DNA of 64,000 bases from Giardia intestinalis (lineage: Eukaryota). The stretch lies in NCBI GenBank assembly GCA_000002435.2, contig CM018791.1; one strand, 5' to 3'. Of this stretch, positions 60,501-64,000 are shown in pieces (position 1 is the first letter of the stretch; every line of letters starts with the position of its first letter). The position numbers and the translations under genes are program-made. A model generated the notes under the pieces. It was not told the origin of the DNA and did not search any database. It saw only the letters and a program-made list of their open reading frames with translations.

Positions 60501-61808
60501 TGCATTCTGCCTTCCCACTTTCTGATTTTCATAGTTAGACCCAAGTGCCTTTCCATAACTTGGATTGGCACTGCGCATGCCACCAATCCCTTGGCTCTTT
60601 TGTGTCGCCGACATCTGGGAAATGTGAACAGGTGGCATCCCCATTGTGCTTTGTGGCCTGCGTGCAGACGTTGGCCGGTCACTCTGCCGAGAGATATCGC
60701 TCCTTTCAGAGATGGACTCGTTGCGGACATCTTCGCCACGTGGAGCCACGAGGATGGCCTCAAACTCATCACGGGGCACATATATGGACGACGCATCATA
60801 GGCGCTCCGTGTCGCTGTGCCGACCTTGGCAAGAATACTAACAGGCTTTGCAACAACAGCATAGCCCTCGAGGGAACTTGTAACCGGCGCTAGGTACCCG
60901 TCTGATCGGCGTTTGTGCAGAGGGAGATCCAGGTCAAAACTAATCGCAGGAAGCAGCGATGGATCCATCCGCACGGGAATACATCTCACCTGTTGCCCCG
61001 AGCGATAGGAGGGGGTCCGGGGTCTGAAAATCAATGACGATTGTGAGCCTACTGGACGCCCATTGGCATCAAAGTTAGCATATGTGGATGGTATCTGAGC
61101 CGTCACTAGGCCGTCCCGCCAGGTTATGTGCTTCTCTGGAGCCGGAGGGACTTCTACATGAATCTGGCAGTCAGAGAGGATAGCATGGATTCCCTTCTGC
61201 CTCACTAACTCTTCTGGATTGGGTTGTGCCATGACTGCGTTGAGAAAAGTATTCCGATGCAAGATTTCCTGGTGGTTAAGCTTAAGTCCTCTGGTGCTTC
61301 CAAAAATATCCTTGAACTCTCCGTATTTTGTGCGCCGGCGATTTGCAAATTCGTGAAGCTGACGTACATAATTCTGATGAGGCTTGGAGCTGAACCTTTT
61401 TGTAGTGATGAACTGAAGGGCTCTGTGAGGCGGCCAATGGAACCTGTGTACTAAGTATCCCGCCAATAAAACAACAGACCGCGAATCACCGTTGACAGAG
61501 TGGATCAAAACACACTCGTCTTTTTCGACCGCCTCGTTGACAAAACGAACGACCTGCGTAATCGTCTCATCCCTAGAATCAAACATGGTGCTATTCCCGT
61601 CCTCGTCAAATTGATATGAAAGATATCTAATCCCCACACCCTGAAAGCAATTTGTAAAGGTGTGGCTACAGCAATTAATCACTCGCGTCACTGAATTAGT
61701 AAATACAAAGTCTCGGTCCTCCGCTGCATAGCATCCACCCACAAATATGTTATCTAAAACACGGTTGGCCATGAATAGGGGCACATCGAGCATCTCACTT
61801 GAGGCCAT
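59823..61808 (-). CDS. Dual-specificity-phosphatase-like protein with the catalytic Cys replaced by Ser (candidate pseudophosphatase), plus a roughly 230-aa Q/S/P/G-rich disordered tail; 661 aa
   Basis: N-terminal DNIFVGG...NSVTRVINC. Active-site region VLIHSVNGDSRSVVLLAGYLVHRF aligns to the DSP consensus VLVHCxAGxSRS, with Ser (codon tct) at the Cys position. ATG confirmed with an AT-rich upstream. Confidence 0.6.
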   Translation of the reverse strand: MASSEMLDVPLFMANRVLDNIFVGGCYAAEDRDFVFTNSVTRVINCCSHTFTNCFQGVGIRYLSYQFDEDGNSTMFDSRDETITQVVRFVNEAVEKDECVLIHSVNGDSRSVVLLAGYLVHRFHWPPHRALQFITTKRFSSKPHQNYVRQLHEFANRRRTKYGEFKDIFGSTRGLKLNHQEILHRNTFLNAVMAQPNPEELVRQKGIHAILSDCQIHVEVPPAPEKHITWRDGLVTAQIPSTYANFDANGRPVGSQSSLIFRPRTPSYRSGQQVRCIPVRMDPSLLPAISFDLDLPLHKRRSDGYLAPVTSSLEGYAVVAKPVSILAKVGTATRSAYDASSIYVPRDEFEAILVAPRGEDVRNESISERSDISRQSDRPTSARRPQSTMGMPPVHISQMSATQKSQGIGGMRSANPSYGKALGSNYENQKVGRQNAAPLLANVALTKMGQAGQGAYNRTSSDPTVRSGSLTKLRPPTPPRKLEELAAEAAAAAAQQAGEQSAAHTAQQAYGHTQPHMYSQQQTPQMSQAQQQAHTSARMSQSNRMSSSYSSGSSPGMSRSAQPRGSMSSRGSDYVQSRTPTQQGSVGTRPVSGPSRYAPAASPMTNRGSFSGQSGPRTPTLSNRPHGSQSPSSAYRPISAGRPAQQGFSGTQSGRYSFGGY

Positions 61809-61869
61809 AATTTCTTTAAACTTTGAATTTTTATCTCGCTAATGCCCACCACAACATGCACAGAGCCGG

Positions 61870-61876
61870 ATTTACT
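61870..61876 (-). promoter_or_regulatory. Poly(A) signal AGTAAAT for the 201-aa gene
   Basis: Minus-strand ggtAGTAAATccgg, about 20 nt after the TAA stop. Confidence 0.45.
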
Positions 61877-61894
61877 ACCAGTGGATACTACATC

Positions 61895-62500
61895 TTAGAA
61901 GAACTTCGACACCGTCTTTATTGTACTAAGTTCAAATCGAATGTCTGCAAGTTCCTTCTGGATCGCGAGGAGACACGAGGCGTCGCCACCAGCTTTTCTG
62001 TCATTAGAATCACATGCAAGAGACTCCATTGTACTTTTGGCCTCGTCCCTAAACGCCTCTAAGGTGTGTCGTGTGTCATCTATCTGTTCCTGAAGGTTTA
62101 AGATGTCATCGCTGTTCGCTTCCAGAACGTCCCGCACCTTTGCTAGGGTCTGTGTGAGCTGGCGAAACTGCCGCTGAGTCTCCAAGTGCCGTGTCTCCTG
62201 TGTTTCAATGAAACTGTTAATTCCCATCTCATCAAGAACCTCTCGTACTAGGTTCTTTATGAAGGTCTTGCTCACTCCTGTGGCCTCCATGCTTGCACTT
62301 TGCTCCAGCTCGTTGGCTGGGGTCGTTGCAGACGCCGTAAGGGCTTTGCTCTCTGTGTATCTCTCGCGAGCATTGAGATTTGAGCTGTGGGTGTGCGGCC
62401 GCCTGGCCGGTGACTGGGGTCGGTAAATGTAATCTCTATGAACTGCCGCCGCCTCCGAGAGATGCGGGTTCATGCATTTGACCGTCAAAAACTTGGACAT
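61895..62500 (-). CDS. Hypothetical coiled-coil protein, 201 aa
   Basis: ATG confirmed (cat at 62498-62500). AGTAAAT poly(A) signal about 20 nt after the stop. The C-terminal half has heptad periodicity. Confidence 0.5.
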   Translation of the reverse strand: MSKFLTVKCMNPHLSEAAAVHRDYIYRPQSPARRPHTHSSNLNARERYTESKALTASATTPANELEQSASMEATGVSKTFIKNLVREVLDEMGINSFIETQETRHLETQRQFRQLTQTLAKVRDVLEANSDDILNLQEQIDDTRHTLEAFRDEAKSTMESLACDSNDRKAGGDASCLLAIQKELADIRFELSTIKTVSKFF

Positions 62501-62504
62501 TTTT
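62501..62504. promoter_or_regulatory. Head-to-head start codons separated by 4 bp (tttt); the initiators must lie inside each other's coding sequence
   Basis: cat (62498-62500), tttt, ATG (62505-62507). Confidence 0.45.
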
Positions 62505-62816
62505 ATGCCGTATCGTCTGGATGTTTACGTGCCAGAGGAAGCTGTGGAGACTGTTAAAGAGGCTCTTTTTGCAGCGGGGGCAGGGAAAATAGGCAACTAT
62601 GACTGCTGTTGTTATACAACAAAAGGTGTTGGCCAGTTTAGGCCGCTTCCAGGCTCCAATCCAGCCAAGGGTAGCTTGGGTAACGTATGTGTCTGTGCCG
62701 AAGATAAGCTAGAGATGATCGTCGCTGACGGTTGTATAGACTCTGTGATAGAGGCCTTGCGAAAAGCTCACCCCTACGAGACACCGGCTTTCCAGTATTG
62801 GAAGGTCAACTCGTAG
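62505..62816 (+). CDS. Small PII/CutA-like protein resembling the inserted domain of NIF3 (YqfO/SA1388-type) proteins; 103 aa from the ATG at 62505
   Basis: VYVPEEAVETVKEALFAAGAGKIGNYDCC...GxGxFRPLPGSNP...HPYETPAF matches the NIF3 insert pattern from memory (VPE..LE.VKEAL..AGAG.IGNY..CSF...G.G.FRP.EG.NP...HPYEE.AY). The ATG at 62505 has a cattttt context. The ORF-track start at 62472 would overlap the divergent 201-aa gene. AGTGAAC poly(A) signal 17 nt after the stop. Confidence 0.5.
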   Translation: MPYRLDVYVPEEAVETVKEALFAAGAGKIGNYDCCCYTTKGVGQFRPLPGSNPAKGSLGNVCVCAEDKLEMIVADGCIDSVIEALRKAHPYETPAFQYWKVNS

Positions 62817-62833
62817 AACGGTCGAAGCAAACG

Positions 62834-62840
62834 AGTGAAC
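62834..62840 (+). promoter_or_regulatory. Poly(A) signal AGTGAAC for the NIF3-insert-like gene
   Basis: 17 nt after the TAG stop. Confidence 0.45.
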
Positions 62841-62913
62841 TATGCAAACGGATAAAGAGCTCCTGACTTTATGTGGCTATTTACAAGAGGATAGGTACCC
62901 ACATGGGAGTCAA

Positions 62914-64000
62914 TCAGTAGTCATCGCCTGCGCTGAAGACCTCCGTTCCCCAACTGCCCACCATAAAAGTATGTTCAAACTGAGACGTGTGGCAGCCCGA
63001 CTTGTCACTGAGTTTGGGATACGCGTTGACAACCCCGTTCTTGACGAGCGTGTCGAGAGCAAGTTGGAAGTTCTTCTCTCCCATGGACTCAAGAGTCCTG
63101 GGACTCCATGCCAAGGTGCCAAACATGGTGCGCAGCTTAGTGAAAAGCTTCTTGGACATCTCGGGCCCCTTGATGAAGGCCGGCTGGAGTGACATGGACT
63201 TCGACGAGACCATGTAGTGAGAAACAGGGTACTCATCGCTGATCATCCCGCGGCCCGTGGATGCAAACGTTTCACATGCAAATGTCTCCCCTTCAAGCAT
63301 GCGGCCATACTCTTTTCCCTTTCCTCTGCAGTTTGGTATAGATTTGCCTGAATGTATCTTATACTTTCCAACCATGTGTCCAGACAGGTTGCGGACCGGT
63401 TGAAGCTTAATAGGTGCGTTCTGGTTCTTGTAATCCATCTCGTACGAGCAGATGATCTCTTCTATCTTATTTCCTAATTCAGATATGAGGACATCGGGAC
63501 CTGCAAGCTTAATTGCCTCTGTTGTAGCCTCCAAGCTGGCCTGCGCCAGGGGGTCGAACATAGGATCAAAGTGAATAGTGAAGGCAGAATCGATAATATA
63601 CCCATCGCAGTGAATCCCAAAGTCAACTTTGATAACATCCTTCTCAGCGATGATATGGTCATCGTGCTTGATGGGAGTATAGTGGGCAGCACAGTGGTTG
63701 TATGACAGACCAAGCGGAAAGGCCTGAGCACACCAGGCATTGTCATCTGGCTTATACGTGCAGAACTCGTCCTCAGAATGGCCGCACAAGAGGCGAATGC
63801 GGCTCTCTATGTCCTCCGCTGCGGCGTACATGCTGACTCCTACCTTGAGAACAGACCTAGCATAGGTACGAACTTGGCGGTGTATCTCGGCAGCCCTACG
63901 CATGCACTTGCGTATGTGCTCGTTATCAGCCGGTACAAAGTCTGACGACTGGGGATCGGCAGACCAAAGGAGGCGTCCCACTGGGTATGGTTTCTCCCCG
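62914..64000 (-). CDS. Methionine aminopeptidase type 2 (M24 pita-bread fold), 5'-truncated by the window edge
   Basis: DFGIHCDGYIIDSAFT with HYTP and the downstream metal-ligand His/Glu pattern of MetAP2. The ORF-track M at 63981 is GTG, and the reading frame stays open to the end of the window, so the true N-terminus lies beyond 64000. Confidence 0.75.
   Translation of the reverse strand, partial: GEKPYPVGRLLWSADPQSSDFVPADNEHIRKCMRRAAEIHRQVRTYARSVLKVGVSMYAAAEDIESRIRLLCGHSEDEFCTYKPDDNAWCAQAFPLGLSYNHCAAHYTPIKHDDHIIAEKDVIKVDFGIHCDGYIIDSAFTIHFDPMFDPLAQASLEATTEAIKLAGPDVLISELGNKIEEIICSYEMDYKNQNAPIKLQPVRNLSGHMVGKYKIHSGKSIPNCRGKGKEYGRMLEGETFACETFASTGRGMISDEYPVSHYMVSSKSMSLQPAFIKGPEMSKKLFTKLRTMFGTLAWSPRTLESMGEKNFQLALDTLVKNGVVNAYPKLSDKSGCHTSQFEHTFMVGSWGTEVFSAGDDY

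Noticed and set aside
62842-63192. 116-aa plus-strand ORF overlapping the 3' end of MetAP2.
   Set aside because: Antisense to conserved MetAP2 catalytic residues and begins inside the neighbouring gene's 3' UTR.
1-64000. Possibility that this is a prokaryotic or phage region, given the bacterial-style ORF track and searches for CRISPR arrays, IS elements and operons.
   Set aside because: No direct-repeat arrays, no RBS-type spacing and no transposase or integrase genes are present. The genes have eukaryote-specific domains (ankyrin, DSP, DUF667, MetAP2) and Giardia-type signals.

Overview
The window is a very gene-dense, apparently intron-free eukaryotic region. About 97-98% of it is coding, counting the 19 gene spans called below. 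I assign it to the diplomonad Giardia intestinalis on several grounds. It encodes a 580-aa arginine deiminase with a long C-terminal extension and the catalytic Cys inside a GSLHC motif. It encodes a 726-aa ADP-forming acetyl-CoA synthetase and a 407-aa Fe-containing alcohol dehydrogenase. Three proteins carry the Giardia-type variant ankyrin repeat (G-x-T-A-L-M-x-A-A). AT-rich initiator sequences sit directly against the ATGs. AGTRAAY-type polyadenylation signals lie a few nucleotides after several stop codons.

I call 19 protein-coding genes and no rRNA, tRNA, CRISPR or mobile elements. The genes are:
- a 2114-aa protein with an N-terminal DUF667/CFAP20-like domain, a WDR90/POC16-like candidate;
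- three ankyrin/coiled-coil proteins of the 21.1 type, of 828, 760 and 1457 aa;
- Fe-ADH;
- a 635-aa protein with a Myb-like and a BTB-like segment;
- endonuclease III (Nth);
- a 651-aa protein with an N-terminal C2H2 finger and a Cid1/Gld2-type nucleotidyltransferase motif;
- an uninterrupted 7100-aa ORF of 21.3 kb with a single Walker-A motif;
- arginine deiminase;
- two tandem paralogous small 4-TM membrane proteins;
- a 491-aa coiled-coil protein;
- a 3147-aa solenoid-like protein;
- the ADP-forming ACS;
- a dual-specificity-phosphatase-like protein whose catalytic Cys is replaced by Ser (candidate pseudophosphatase), with a long Q/S/P-rich tail;
- a 201-aa coiled-coil protein;
- a 103-aa PII/CutA-like protein resembling the NIF3 insert domain;
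- a 5'-truncated methionine aminopeptidase 2 at the window edge.

The ORF track appears to allow GTG and TTG starts and reports them as M. Several track starts are therefore not ATG, and I corrected the start in six cases.

The most notable organisational feature is compaction. Four convergent gene pairs have stop codons 1-20 bp apart, so their 3' UTRs must overlap. Two divergent pairs have start codons only 4 bp and 21 bp apart. Tandem genes on the minus strand are separated by 36-86 bp that hold both a poly(A) signal and the next initiator.

I found no single clearly novel multi-gene system. The most interesting individual candidates are the 7100-aa P-loop giant, the Cys-to-Ser phosphatase-like protein, the zinc-finger nucleotidyltransferase, the tandem 4-TM pair and the standalone NIF3-insert-like protein.
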